This document shows, in pieces, positions 29,041-38,488 of a stretch of 50,594 nt of DNA; position 1 is the stretch's first letter; each line of letters begins with the position of its first letter. The stretch lies in the NCBI GenBank assembly GCA_944372325.1, contig CALVYR010000004.1:1-50594 (forward strand), given 5' to 3'. The notes under the pieces were generated by a model. It was not told where the DNA came from. It did not search any database and was given only the letters and a program-made list of their open reading frames with translations. A program made the position numbers and the translations under genes. Source of the stretch: an uncultured Clostridia bacterium (GTDB taxonomy: Bacteria; Bacillota; Clostridia; Christensenellales; UBA1242).

Positions 29041-29136
29041 ATGAGAATAATTTGTGTGAAGGCGCCTAAGATACTTTCAGGACTTTTAAAACTTTTATTT
29101 AAAAAGAAAGTAATTAAGCCAGATTTGATAAATTAG
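29041..29136 (+). CDS. spoVM: stage V sporulation protein M (31 aa; missing from the ORF track)
   Basis: MRIICVKAPKILSGLLKLLFKKK...; Pro9 amphipathic helix, GAGGTG RBS, convergent with rpmB as in Bacillus. Confidence 0.85.
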   Translation: MRIICVKAPKILSGLLKLLFKKKVIKPDLIN

Positions 29137-29150
29137 TACATAAAACTTAT

Positions 29151-29188
29151 AAAAATATAACTATTTTATTAAAAATAGTTATATTTTT
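29151..29188. terminator. AT-rich 17-bp inverted repeat after spoVM
   Basis: AAAAATATAACTATTTT-ATTA-AAAATAGTTATATTTTT. Confidence 0.45.
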
Positions 29189-29204
29189 GATATATTATTA
29201 TAAC

Positions 29205-29230
29205 AAAAAACCGCTTTATAAGCGGTTTTT
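29205..29230 (-). terminator. terminator of rpmB (possibly bidirectional)
   Basis: AAAAAACCGCTT-TAT-AAGCGGTTTTT. Confidence 0.75.
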
Positions 29231-29232
29231 AA

Positions 29233-29415
29233 TTAAGCTTTTTTACTTGTTTTAATACATTTTGTGCAAGCTTTTACTTTCTTTTGCTCGCCATTTACTT
29301 CCATTTCTACAACTTGAAGATTAGCGTCCCAGTGTTTTATTGCTTTACGGTTAGAGTGGCTAACAGTGTTGCCTTTCATCTTTCCCTTTCCGCATATTTC
29401 ACAAACTTTACTCAT
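29233..29415 (-). CDS. rpmB: 50S ribosomal protein L28
   Basis: MSKVCEICGK...VSHSN...NLQ...CTKC; start at 29415 after GGAGG. Confidence 0.96.
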   Translation of the reverse strand: MSKVCEICGKGKMKGNTVSHSNRKAIKHWDANLQVVEMEVNGEQKKVKACTKCIKTSKKA

Positions 29416-29645
29416 ATTTCCTCCTATTTCTAGTTTTATTATCACTAATGCTTGCCTATTTTAGCATTATTGGTGTAAATTTGCAAGCATTTTATTTAAA
29501 AAATTTCAAAAAGATATATAATTTTAGTTGAAAATTAATTTTTTGTGTAGTATATTATTATCATAAGCTACTATGTAGCAGATTTCTTGTTTGAAATTTA
29601 TATTTTTTGTAAATATATTAATATAATAAAAAGGAATTCACACTG

Positions 29646-29996
29646 GTGACAGTTGAAACTAATAACTATTATGGTAAAATAAGTATATCCGGCGAGGCGA
29701 TAGCTGTCGTTGCGGGTTATGCTGCACTTGATTGTTACGGTGTGGTTGATCTTGTATCTAAAAATTTAAAAGATAATATTAAAGAACTTATAAAGCGTAA
29801 AAAATATTCAAAAGGCATTAAAATATCAACAGTAGAAAATAGAATTTTTATAGATGTGTACTGCATACTTAAGTATGGAGTATCTATTAGTGCGGTTGCA
29901 GAGAGCCTCAAGAAATCTGTTAAATATAGCGTAGAGAATTTTACTGGCATGATTGTGGATAGTGTAAATGTCCATGTTGTTGGTGTTAGGGTTTAG
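29646..29996 (+). CDS. Asp23/Gls24 family protein (YloU-like)
   Basis: G.I.IS..AIA..AG.AA..CYGVV; rpmB-yloU-yloV synteny. Confidence 0.9.
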   Translation: MTVETNNYYGKISISGEAIAVVAGYAALDCYGVVDLVSKNLKDNIKELIKRKKYSKGIKISTVENRIFIDVYCILKYGVSISAVAESLKKSVKYSVENFTGMIVDSVNVHVVGVRV

Positions 29997-30005
29997 AGGG
30001 CGCAT

Positions 30006-31637
30006 ATGCAGAAAGTAATTAATGGGGCGTTATTAAGAAAAATGATAATTGGGGGTGCAAGCTTACTTGAGCAAAATAAAAAGCTTGTAGACTCTTTAAA
30101 TGTGTTTCCAGTTCCTGATGGTGATACTGGTACAAATATGTTTTTAACAATGAAGTCTGCAGTTAATGAAGTTAATAACTGTATGAATAATAATCTAGAC
30201 AGCCTTTGCGAAGCTTTTGCAAAGGGTGCTTTGCGTGGTGCTAGGGGTAACTCTGGTGTTATTACATCGCAGATAATAAAAGGTTTTTGTAGCGTTTTAA
30301 AAACGGTTACAGAAATAAATACTAAAACCTTTGCAAAGGCCATACAAGAGGGTGCAAATGTGGCATACAAAGCTGTTACTAAGCCTAAAGAAGGCACAAT
30401 TTTAACAGTTATAAGGGTTATGGCAGAAAGTGCAGTAGATGCCGCAAAGCGTAATGCTACATTTGAAAATTTCTTTAAAATAGTTCTTGAAAAGGGAGAA
30501 GAGATACTACAACAAACACCTGAAATGCTTCCAGTGCTTAAAAAAGCAGGGGTTGTTGATGCTGGTGGAAGAGGTCTTATAGTAATCTTTACAGGTTTTT
30601 ATAAGGTTTTATTAGGTGAAGAACTAGACTTTGTGTTTGAAGATGCGCCTGTTCAGGCTACTGTAGAAGATGTCGTACCAGATTTAAACAATATACCTGA
30701 AATAGAGTTTGGCTATTGTACTGAATTTATGATCATAAATATGCATAAGAAGACAACGGAGGCAGATATTGACAAGCTTCGCGAAAAGCTCATGCAGATA
30801 GGTGATTCCGTGCTATGCATAGGCGATCTACTTTTGGTTAAAGTTCATGTGCATACAAATCAACCAAACATTGCTCTTGGCTATGCTTTAGAACTTGGTG
30901 AACTTTTCAATTTAAAAATTGAAAATATGCGTGAACAAAACCGTGAGTTAAAAAGAAAGGCTCAACAACAAGTTGATCTTAAAGAACACGGAATGGTTGC
31001 CGTTGCTCCTGGGAAGGGCATTGCGGACCTATTTAAAGACCTCTTTGTAGATCAAATGATAGAGGGTGGGCAAACCATGAATCCAAGTGCTGCAGATATT
31101 GCAAGTGCAGCAGATAAAATTCCAGCAAAAAATGTATTTGTCTTCCCTAATAACAAAAATATTATTTTGGCAGCTGAACAGGCAAAAGGGCTTACAACTA
31201 AAAACCTGCGTGTTATACCGTCAAAAAGCGTTCCAGAGGGCATTTCTGCAGCTTTAGCATTTAATCCTGAAGGCACAGTAGAGGAAAATGAAGAAGCAAT
31301 GATAGCTTCACTTCAAAATGTCAAGTCTGGGTCTGTGACTTATGCAGTTAGAAGTACTCATGTAGATGGTTTTGACCTTTCTGTAGGAGAAATTATAGGT
31401 CTTGACGATAAAGCAATACTTTCAAAAGGTACATTAGTAGGTCCAACAACAGAGGCTTTAATTGAAAAATTAATTACAGATAGTGCAGTAAATATAACGC
31501 TTTTCTATGGCGAAGATATAAAAGAAGAGGAGGCTGTAGCGCTACAAGAAAAACTAGCTACCAAATATCCTGATTGTGAAGTTACAGCAATTTATGGTGG
31601 ACAGCCAGTATATTATTATATAATTTCAATAGAATAA
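30006..31637 (+). CDS. fakA: DAK2 domain protein / fatty acid kinase subunit A (YloV-like)
   Basis: LNVFPVPDGDTGTNM, GARGNSG, GGQTMNPS, GGQPVY. Confidence 0.9.
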   Translation: MQKVINGALLRKMIIGGASLLEQNKKLVDSLNVFPVPDGDTGTNMFLTMKSAVNEVNNCMNNNLDSLCEAFAKGALRGARGNSGVITSQIIKGFCSVLKTVTEINTKTFAKAIQEGANVAYKAVTKPKEGTILTVIRVMAESAVDAAKRNATFENFFKIVLEKGEEILQQTPEMLPVLKKAGVVDAGGRGLIVIFTGFYKVLLGEELDFVFEDAPVQATVEDVVPDLNNIPEIEFGYCTEFMIINMHKKTTEADIDKLREKLMQIGDSVLCIGDLLLVKVHVHTNQPNIALGYALELGELFNLKIENMREQNRELKRKAQQQVDLKEHGMVAVAPGKGIADLFKDLFVDQMIEGGQTMNPSAADIASAADKIPAKNVFVFPNNKNIILAAEQAKGLTTKNLRVIPSKSVPEGISAALAFNPEGTVEENEEAMIASLQNVKSGSVTYAVRSTHVDGFDLSVGEIIGLDDKAILSKGTLVGPTTEALIEKLITDSAVNITLFYGEDIKEEEAVALQEKLATKYPDCEVTAIYGGQPVYYYIISIE

Positions 31638-31656
31638 TAGATATAATTCTATAACT

Positions 31657-31692
31657 AAAAAGCCTGTAAACTACATAAGTTTACAGGCTTTT
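31657..31692 (+). terminator. rho-independent terminator
   Basis: AAAAGCCTGTAAACT-ACATA-AGTTTACAGGCTTTT. Confidence 0.75.
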
Positions 31693-31778
31693 AAAATAAA
31701 ATAGAAAATGATTAAATAAAATTATAAAAAGATTGCAAAAATTGGTTAAATATGATAAACTAACAAAGTTAGATTTGT

Positions 31779-31853
31779 GTCCTCTTAGTTAAACGGATAT
31801 AACAAGCCCCTCCTAAGGGCTAGTTAGGGGTTCGATTCCCTTAGGGGACGCCA
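31779..31853 (+). tRNA. tRNA-Arg (CCU)
   Basis: GTCCTCTTAGTTAAACGGATA...GCCC-CTCCTAA-GGGC...GTTCGATTCC...GACGCCA; promoter TTGCAA-N17-TAAACT at 31733-31761. Confidence 0.93.
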
Positions 31854-32156
31854 TAAATTGAATTAGAAAAATCAAGCCGTCGGGGCTTGTTGCGCTGCAA
31901 ACTTTGCTTGTTGTTACTGCACAAAGTTTTGGCTAAACAATTCTTGCTCCGCAAAAGCGCTCCAAAAGGTAATTATAGAAAATAGAATGTATATATGTTG
32001 GTGATAAGAATATAGCCTTAATATGTGAAAGTATCTAAAGAGGGTAGAATAACTGATTTATACATCTTAGAGTATTTATAACATATTTTAGCAAGGCGGA
32101 TTAAGAAATAAGAATTAGTTTTAAATTCTCTAAAATCAAAATAAAATGGGAGAAAA

Positions 32157-32570
32157 ATGGATAACGAAATTTTAATTAAACATCAATTCCCGACTACAAA
32201 AGAGTTTATCAAACTTTTTAATAGTGTTGGTTGGGAAAGGGAAGAAAAGCGAGTGGATGAAAATAGAAAAAACTCCTGCTTTGCTGTTAGTATTTATAAA
32301 AATAATGAAATTCTTGCTATGGGTAGAGTTGTAGGTGATGGAGCTTATTTTACAATTTATGATGTAGTAGTAGATAAAGCTCATCAAGGAAAAGGTCTTG
32401 GGTCTATCATAATAAATGAGATAGTTAATTGGTACAAAACTTTTAAAGATGATGATACTTTTTTGTATCTAAATGCAAGTAAAGGAAAAGAACAATTTTA
32501 CGAAAAATTTGGCTTTAGAGCGCGCCCAAATGAAGAGGTTGGCTCAGGAATGAAATGGTATAATAAATAA
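32157..32570 (+). CDS. GNAT family N-acetyltransferase
   Basis: MGRVVGDG, VVV...HQGKGLG, FYEKFGF. Confidence 0.9.
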   Translation: MDNEILIKHQFPTTKEFIKLFNSVGWEREEKRVDENRKNSCFAVSIYKNNEILAMGRVVGDGAYFTIYDVVVDKAHQGKGLGSIIINEIVNWYKTFKDDDTFLYLNASKGKEQFYEKFGFRARPNEEVGSGMKWYNK

Positions 32571-32586
32571 CATTAGTTTATTAATA

Positions 32587-32617
32587 GTCTAGCTTTAATT
32601 TTAAGGCTAGATTTTTT
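32587..32617 (+). terminator. rho-independent terminator
   Basis: GTCTAGCTTTAA-TT-TTAAGGCTAGAT followed by T tract. Confidence 0.6.
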
Positions 32618-32632
32618 ATTGTTGCTACTTTG

Positions 32633-32661
32633 TCATATTTTTAGCATATGCAAAATATATT
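32633..32661 (+). promoter_or_regulatory. putative sigma-E promoter
   Basis: TCATATT-N14-AATATATT upstream of the pdaB-like gene (pdaB is sigma-E dependent in Bacillus). Confidence 0.45.
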
Positions 32662-32772
32662 AAAAAGTAGAAAAGTGCAAATCGACATAACACGCCCTTT
32701 TCGGACAATTTATCACTATAATTAGCATTTGCTTTTTAAGCATTTACTTTTATAGTTAAAAGCGAGGATTTA

Positions 32773-33540
32773 ATGCATTTTCTTTGTGTTAAATTAAAAT
32801 CAATTAGGTTCGTTCTATTGATGATTTTAGTTGCTGTTTTGCTTGCTGTGAGTATAAATGGTGTAGCTTCCGCTCAAGTCTTTTTTGGCTACTCTACTAA
32901 GCGCGTTCCTGTCTATTCTGTTGATACAGAAAATAAACAGGTAGCCATTAGTTTTGATGCCGCGTGGGGTGCTGATAAAACGGCAGGAATTGTGGAATTA
33001 TTACAGGAATATGATGTTGGAGCAACCTTCTTTTTAGTGGCATTTTGGGTAGATAAAAATGAGGATATGGTAAAGCTTATAGATGAGGCGGGCTTTGAAA
33101 TAGGGAACCATTCTAGCACACATCCAGATTTAACTACCGTTAGTGCAGAAAAATTAGAAAATGAACTTTCTCATTGTAGTGAACTGATAAAAGGTATAAC
33201 AGGCAAAGATGTAACGCTATTTAGAGCCCCATATGGTGCGTATAATAACACTGTTTTAGATACTGCTTCTAAACTTGGTATGCAAACTATTCAATGGGAT
33301 GTAGATTCTTTAGATTGGAAAGGTTTGACTGCAGAAGAGATTACTATGAGAATTCTAAATAATGTTAAAAATGGTTCAATTATACTTTGTCACAACAACT
33401 CTGACCATATCTTAGATGCGCTTCCAATGGTGTTAGATAGGCTTAAAAAGCAGGGTTATACAATAACTTCAGTAGGTGATTTGGTTTACAAAGAAAACTA
33501 TACCATTGATAGAAACGGACTACAAAAACTTAAGGTTTAA
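32773..33540 (+). CDS. pdaB: polysaccharide deacetylase, sporulation PdaB-like
   Basis: ISFDAAWG, GNHS..HP, FRAPYG, WDVDSLDW; N-terminal TM. Confidence 0.75.
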   Translation: MHFLCVKLKSIRFVLLMILVAVLLAVSINGVASAQVFFGYSTKRVPVYSVDTENKQVAISFDAAWGADKTAGIVELLQEYDVGATFFLVAFWVDKNEDMVKLIDEAGFEIGNHSSTHPDLTTVSAEKLENELSHCSELIKGITGKDVTLFRAPYGAYNNTVLDTASKLGMQTIQWDVDSLDWKGLTAEEITMRILNNVKNGSIILCHNNSDHILDALPMVLDRLKKQGYTITSVGDLVYKENYTIDRNGLQKLKV

Positions 33541-33554
33541 AAGGAGAAAAAATT

Positions 33555-34190
33555 ATGAACTATGAACTAATGAATAATAATAAGGTATGCCTATCTGGAA
33601 CAGTATCAAGTGAACCCGTTTTGAGTCATGAAACTTTTGGAGAACTTTTTTATGAGATAAAATTATCCGTTCCAAGACTTTCTGAACATGTAGATTTACT
33701 GCCTGTAACAGTATCTGAAAAACTTTTAAAACACTTTGAACTGGGTAAACATGTTAGTTTAAAAGGGCAACTTAGAAGTTATAACAAAATAGAAGAGGAA
33801 AAAAGCAAGCTTATTTTAAGTGTATTTGCTCGTGAAATAGTTGAGGATGAAGACATAGCAAATCCTAATGTAATAGAAATTACAGGCTTTATTTGCAAAC
33901 CGCCAATTTTTCGCACTACACCTTTTAAAAGAGAGATATGTGATGTATTAATTGCTGTGAATAGGGCATATAATAAGTCGGACTATCTTCCTTGTATTGC
34001 TTGGGGAAGAAATGCAAGATTTATAAAGGATGCTCAAATTGGTTCTAAAATAGAAATAGTAGGGAGAATTCAAAGTAGAGAATATCAGAAAAAACTTGAT
34101 AGTGGAGATGTTGAAACCAGAACTGCCTATGAAATATCTGTTAGCCATGTAAGTGTTGATTCAGAAAATAATGTAGAAATTATTGGTTAG
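33555..34190 (+). CDS. ssb: two-OB-fold single-stranded DNA-binding protein (clostridial type)
   Basis: GQLRSYN, FRTTPF.REI, SDYLPCIAWGRNA, GRIQSREY. Confidence 0.85.
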   Translation: MNYELMNNNKVCLSGTVSSEPVLSHETFGELFYEIKLSVPRLSEHVDLLPVTVSEKLLKHFELGKHVSLKGQLRSYNKIEEEKSKLILSVFAREIVEDEDIANPNVIEITGFICKPPIFRTTPFKREICDVLIAVNRAYNKSDYLPCIAWGRNARFIKDAQIGSKIEIVGRIQSREYQKKLDSGDVETRTAYEISVSHVSVDSENNVEIIG

Positions 34191-34203
34191 ATAAAAAAAT
34201 ATA

Positions 34204-34234
34204 AAAAAGTGAACCTTGTATAGGTTCACTTTTT
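34204..34234. terminator. bidirectional terminator
   Basis: AAAAAAGTGAACCT-TGTAT-AGGTTCACTTTTTT. Confidence 0.8.
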
Positions 34235-34240
34235 TCAAGC

Positions 34241-37200
34241 TTATTTACCTTGTTTTATCTTCTTAATTTCTTTAATGATATACTCAGGTGAATTTACTTC
34301 TTCTATTTCTGCTTTGATGCCGTCTAGTCTATTTAAAAGCTTTGTGTGTTTGTTAGCATAAAGTTTGAATGCCTTTTCGTCTTCTTTTGTTATGTTTTTT
34401 CCATGTTCTTTTCTTTGATTAGCAATTCTTTCTTTATTTTCATTTTCAAGAGTGTCAATTTCATCTTGTACAGCTTTTAAATCTGCTTTTAAAGCCTTTA
34501 AACGCTCATTGCGCCTGTCTTCAGCCTCTTTTCTAACAACATCACGATACATTGTTTGTTCACGATCGTAATTACCTTTCTTTTTAGATTCAGGCTTCTT
34601 TATTTTAACTTTCTTCATAGCATAAGCTACAAGAGCTAAAATTAATGCTAAAGCAAATATTACTGAAGGGATAACATACCAGATTACGACATTATTATTA
34701 GATGGTTCAGTTTCATCATCTGAAGTTTCTTCTTCGGCTTCAGTTTCAGCAAATACGCTATTTGCTGTATTTGCGTTTTTAGCTGAATTGTAAACAGCTT
34801 CATCTATTGTTTCATATGAGAAGTTATCGAAGAAGGCGTAACCTGTGTTTGCTATTTTATCTGCTGTAAGAGCAAATCTAACATTTACATCTACATCTGA
34901 TTGAGCTCTTACATAAATGTTATAAGCTGTAAAACCATTAGATATAATTTTATCTATTTTAGCGCTATCAATTCCTTCTAATGAAAACTCAGCACCGTAT
35001 GCTTGTTCATTAGCATTTCCTGTATATTCTGGAATATTTGTTTTAATATAAATTGTAAATCTGTAATAAGAGCCACTTGTTAATGAAATTGTATCATTTG
35101 ATTTCATGGAATAAGTAGAAATTCCATTGGTTTTTATTAACATTACATTTTTAATGATATTGTTGTTGTTTGGGTTAGGGGACAAGCCAAACTCATTATC
35201 TTCAGAATTGATAAGTCCACCAAAAGCAACAGGATCTCCATTTGTTGGGTTAGAGCCAGATTCTAATGTTCCAGTGTATGCTAGAGGATCATATACGCCA
35301 TAATTATTTACTGAAGCTGAAACTAAATTAAAACCGCCGTTTGTGAAGTCTACAATGTTTGCAGTTTCAATTAAATCTACATATTCATCGTCTGTATATT
35401 CTACAGTAGTAAGTTCAAAGTTGTCAAAATATGCAACACCAGAAACTCCTTCATCTTCTGTTCCAAGTTCAAGCTTAACATTTAAGTTTTTAGTTGTTTG
35501 AGCAGTTCTTATTATAATTTCAAAATTAGACCAATCTTTATCTGCAATATTTTTAGAATTTATTCCTAGTTCTTCAAATAAAACTGTTTCGTTGTCATCA
35601 ATAATATATACATTCAATATATTTTCATTATCTAATAGGTCTGATACTGTTTTGTAACTAAATTTTAAGCTATAATATGTGTCCGCTGATGCTGAAAAAC
35701 TTGGGCTAATTAAAGATTGATAGGTTATACCTTTGTTCCACATCATTAAAATATTGTTGGTGTCTGATGTAGGAATTGTGTTACCCAAAACTTTAGGGTT
35801 TTCAGGATTAGCTCTGCCACCTAAGAATTCATCCTTTATTGATTCATAAAGTGTACTATTTGTGTTAACAACTCCCCAAACGGTTGCTTCTTCATCAGCT
35901 TCTCCAACTGTCCAGTCAGAAGCGTGAACGGGATATTCAAGCTTAGATGATTGGTTATTTAAACTATTAAATGAACCGTTTGTGAAAGATTGTTCTTCAC
36001 TAAATGAAGTTAAAGTAACTTTAACGCTTGAAGTACTTTCGCTAGCTGAAGTAAAATCATCTGCACTTATTGTTTCTATTCTTATTGTATCAAATACAAC
36101 TGTTCCGCTAGATTGGTCATCGCTCTGTCCTAACCATAATTCAAGGTTAAATGAAGTAGGGTAGAGTGCATTACCATAAACATAGAAAGAGCAAGTAGTA
36201 TAGTTGTTTTGGAATGTGTCTGAGCTGTTTGAAGATATAACAATTTCGTTTTCTACAGGAGTGTAGGTATCATAAGGGTTATCTTTATCATAAAACTCGT
36301 TTACATCATTATTTTCTTTTAAAAGTATATATGCATTTCCTGATAGATCATCAACTTTAACATTTACAGAAATTTTATAAATTGCATGCATTGGAAGTTC
36401 AATTTTTGGTGAAACATATCCAAAGTAGCCAGATGTTTTTGAGGAAAGCATTAAAGCGTACTTATTATTTGCTGTAAGGTCAGAGCCAAGTTCAAAATCT
36501 TGATTAACATTGAATACATCGGAAACTGCATCAGAAGGGAATTCGTTATTTGCAATAGACCAGTTAGCAAGTGTACCTTTTTCAAAATCTAAGTTAGAAT
36601 CTGAATATGTGAGTTCTGAGTTTATTTCTTCTACATAATTTAAGTCTATTTTAGCTTCGCTATAAATATAGTTTTCTACATTTTCACTAGCTTGAGCGTT
36701 ATTTAGGTTGCGAGTATAATTTTCGCTTGTATGTCTTTGAACTACTACATTATCAAAGAAGACTGCGCCAGATGAAGTTGTGTTTTCTTTTTTACCAAGC
36801 CATAATTCTACGCTGACAGTTTCTTCAGTTGTTCCTGTAGAGATAAAGAATTCATATTCAGTCCAAGTTTCAGCTTCATAACTTTCAAAGTTCACATTTG
36901 TAATCTCTTCATCTAAGCCAGTAATATAAATTGAACCTCTTGCGTTATTAATAGTTTTAGTTAAAATGCTGAAGGTATAATAAGAATAAGGCTTTAAAGT
37001 TATTTCTTCGCTTCTATAGCCTTGAACTGCTGGAACTTCTGAACCTGTTGAGGATGTTCTAGCGTTTATCATCAATACCTTATCATCGTAGTTTACATTT
37101 GTTTTTCCTGGGTTTTCGTCTGCATTGAGGAAATAGGAAGAATAACTAGAATTAAATCTAGTATCGTTTACATTTATAATACCAGCTTTGGCTGTGCTGG

Positions 37201-37402
37201 AAGTTCTAATTAAATTCCATCCTGTTGGATCTGAATCTAATGTTGAAGAGTTTGGCGATGAGTTAAAATCTCCATTAGATATAGAGACACTCTCAAAGCT
37301 TGTTCTATTGTCTGCTTTAGCTACACCAAAGCTTGGAAACAAAAAGGCAAATGCCATAATAAAGATACATAATGTAATAATAAAATTTCTAGTTCTGTTC
37401 AT
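34241..37402 (-). CDS. large membrane-anchored extracellular protein with four carbohydrate-binding-module-like repeats
   Basis: Signal peptide; repeats opening NGDFN/NLDFE/NGSFN/NGGFN and closing FFDN/VFDT/YFDN/FFDN; C-terminal TM and cytoplasmic coiled coil. Confidence 0.65.
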   Translation of the reverse strand: MNRTRNFIITLCIFIMAFAFLFPSFGVAKADNRTSFESVSISNGDFNSSPNSSTLDSDPTGWNLIRTSSTAKAGIINVNDTRFNSSYSSYFLNADENPGKTNVNYDDKVLMINARTSSTGSEVPAVQGYRSEEITLKPYSYYTFSILTKTINNARGSIYITGLDEEITNVNFESYEAETWTEYEFFISTGTTEETVSVELWLGKKENTTSSGAVFFDNVVVQRHTSENYTRNLNNAQASENVENYIYSEAKIDLNYVEEINSELTYSDSNLDFEKGTLANWSIANNEFPSDAVSDVFNVNQDFELGSDLTANNKYALMLSSKTSGYFGYVSPKIELPMHAIYKISVNVKVDDLSGNAYILLKENNDVNEFYDKDNPYDTYTPVENEIVISSNSSDTFQNNYTTCSFYVYGNALYPTSFNLELWLGQSDDQSSGTVVFDTIRIETISADDFTSASESTSSVKVTLTSFSEEQSFTNGSFNSLNNQSSKLEYPVHASDWTVGEADEEATVWGVVNTNSTLYESIKDEFLGGRANPENPKVLGNTIPTSDTNNILMMWNKGITYQSLISPSFSASADTYYSLKFSYKTVSDLLDNENILNVYIIDDNETVLFEELGINSKNIADKDWSNFEIIIRTAQTTKNLNVKLELGTEDEGVSGVAYFDNFELTTVEYTDDEYVDLIETANIVDFTNGGFNLVSASVNNYGVYDPLAYTGTLESGSNPTNGDPVAFGGLINSEDNEFGLSPNPNNNNIIKNVMLIKTNGISTYSMKSNDTISLTSGSYYRFTIYIKTNIPEYTGNANEQAYGAEFSLEGIDSAKIDKIISNGFTAYNIYVRAQSDVDVNVRFALTADKIANTGYAFFDNFSYETIDEAVYNSAKNANTANSVFAETEAEEETSDDETEPSNNNVVIWYVIPSVIFALALILALVAYAMKKVKIKKPESKKKGNYDREQTMYRDVVRKEAEDRRNERLKALKADLKAVQDEIDTLENENKERIANQRKEHGKNITKEDEKAFKLYANKHTKLLNRLDGIKAEIEEVNSPEYIIKEIKKIKQGK

Positions 37403-37496
37403 TTTTCACCTTGTATATAGATTTTAACTTGCTTAGTATATAACAAATATCATTTAAAATCAAATAATTTTTCAAAAATATACAATAATATTTTTT

Positions 37497-37868
37497 ATGA
37501 ATAAGAAAAATTCTGCTAAAAAGTGGCTAATTGTAATCTCCGCAGGTATGCTAATTGGTTTTATCAATGGTTTTTTCGGTAGTGGAGGAGGAATGATTAG
37601 TGTTCCGCTTTTGGAAAAGGTTTTGAAGATTGATAACAAAAAGTCGCACGCAACAGCTATGGCTGTTATTTTTCCGTTGAGTATTGTAAGTGCAATTGTA
37701 TATGCATTAAATACAAGTATAGATTGGATAAACCTTTTGTATGTTACAATTGGAGTAACAGTTGGTGGAATTTTAGGCGCGCTATTATTAAATAAGTTAA
37801 ATAATAAAGTTATAAGAATTATATTTATTATTATAATGCTAAGCGCTGGGATAAGAATGTTATTTTAG
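37497..37868 (+). CDS. TauE/SafE family half-transporter
   Basis: GFINGFFGSGGG...VP, HATA; hydrophobic. Confidence 0.85.
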   Translation: MNKKNSAKKWLIVISAGMLIGFINGFFGSGGGMISVPLLEKVLKIDNKKSHATAMAVIFPLSIVSAIVYALNTSIDWINLLYVTIGVTVGGILGALLLNKLNNKVIRIIFIIIMLSAGIRMLF

Positions 37869-37876
37869 GAGAGGTT

Positions 37877-38251
37877 ATGACAATTTTTTTATTAATCTTA
37901 TTTGGACTGTTAGGTGGCATATTTGGTGGCATGGGAATGGGTGGAGGAACTATGCTAATTCCATTATTGACTATATTTTTAAATTTTAGTCAAAAGGTAT
38001 CACAGGGCTTTAATATATTTTCTTTTTTAGTAATGGCAGTGTTTGCGCTTATAATTCATATAAAGAATGGTCTTGTGGATATAAAAAGCGTAATACCAAT
38101 TGTTCTTAGTGGTATTCTATTTAGCCTAGGCGGAGCTTTTCTTGCTACCCTTGTAAAGGGAAATGTATTAAAGATTATTTTCGGTGTGTTTTTAATTATT
38201 TTAGCTGTGATTGAGATTTTTAAGCTTTTTAAACAAAATAAAAATAATTAG
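37877..38251 (+). CDS. TauE/SafE family half-transporter
   Basis: GGMGMGGGT.LIP.L, SQG.N; hydrophobic. Confidence 0.85.
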   Translation: MTIFLLILFGLLGGIFGGMGMGGGTMLIPLLTIFLNFSQKVSQGFNIFSFLVMAVFALIIHIKNGLVDIKSVIPIVLSGILFSLGGAFLATLVKGNVLKIIFGVFLIILAVIEIFKLFKQNKNN

Positions 38252-38303
38252 TTTACAAAATGCCAAGTTTGTGTTATTATAAGGTGTTTATAAGGAGAAA
38301 ATT

Positions 38304-38477
38304 ATGCCAGTAGATAAAAGTAAATGTATTAGTTGCGGGGCTTGTGTTAGTATTTGCCCAGTAAATGCTATCAGTTTTGGGGAGGATGGAAAAGCTGAAA
38401 TAGATGAATCTAAATGTATTAGATGTGGTTCATGTGAAGCTACATGCCCAGTAAATGCTATTAAAATTAATTATTAA
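38304..38477 (+). CDS. 2x[4Fe-4S] ferredoxin (57 aa; missing from the ORF track)
   Basis: MPVDKSKCISCGACVSICPVNAI...KCIRCGSCEATCPVNAI; AAGGAG RBS. Confidence 0.95.
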   Translation: MPVDKSKCISCGACVSICPVNAISFGEDGKAEIDESKCIRCGSCEATCPVNAIKINY

Positions 38478-38488
38478 AGGTGAGACTC

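Noticed and set aside
32042-32052. GGGTAGAATAA as a third poly-G cassette
   Set aside because: No TTGACAAAAATGC upstream and no leader blocks; probably chance or an ordinary -10 box
37497-38251. TauE pair as a frameshifted pseudogene
   Set aside because: The second gene has its own RBS and each half starts with the GxGGG motif; split TauE pairs are common in clostridia
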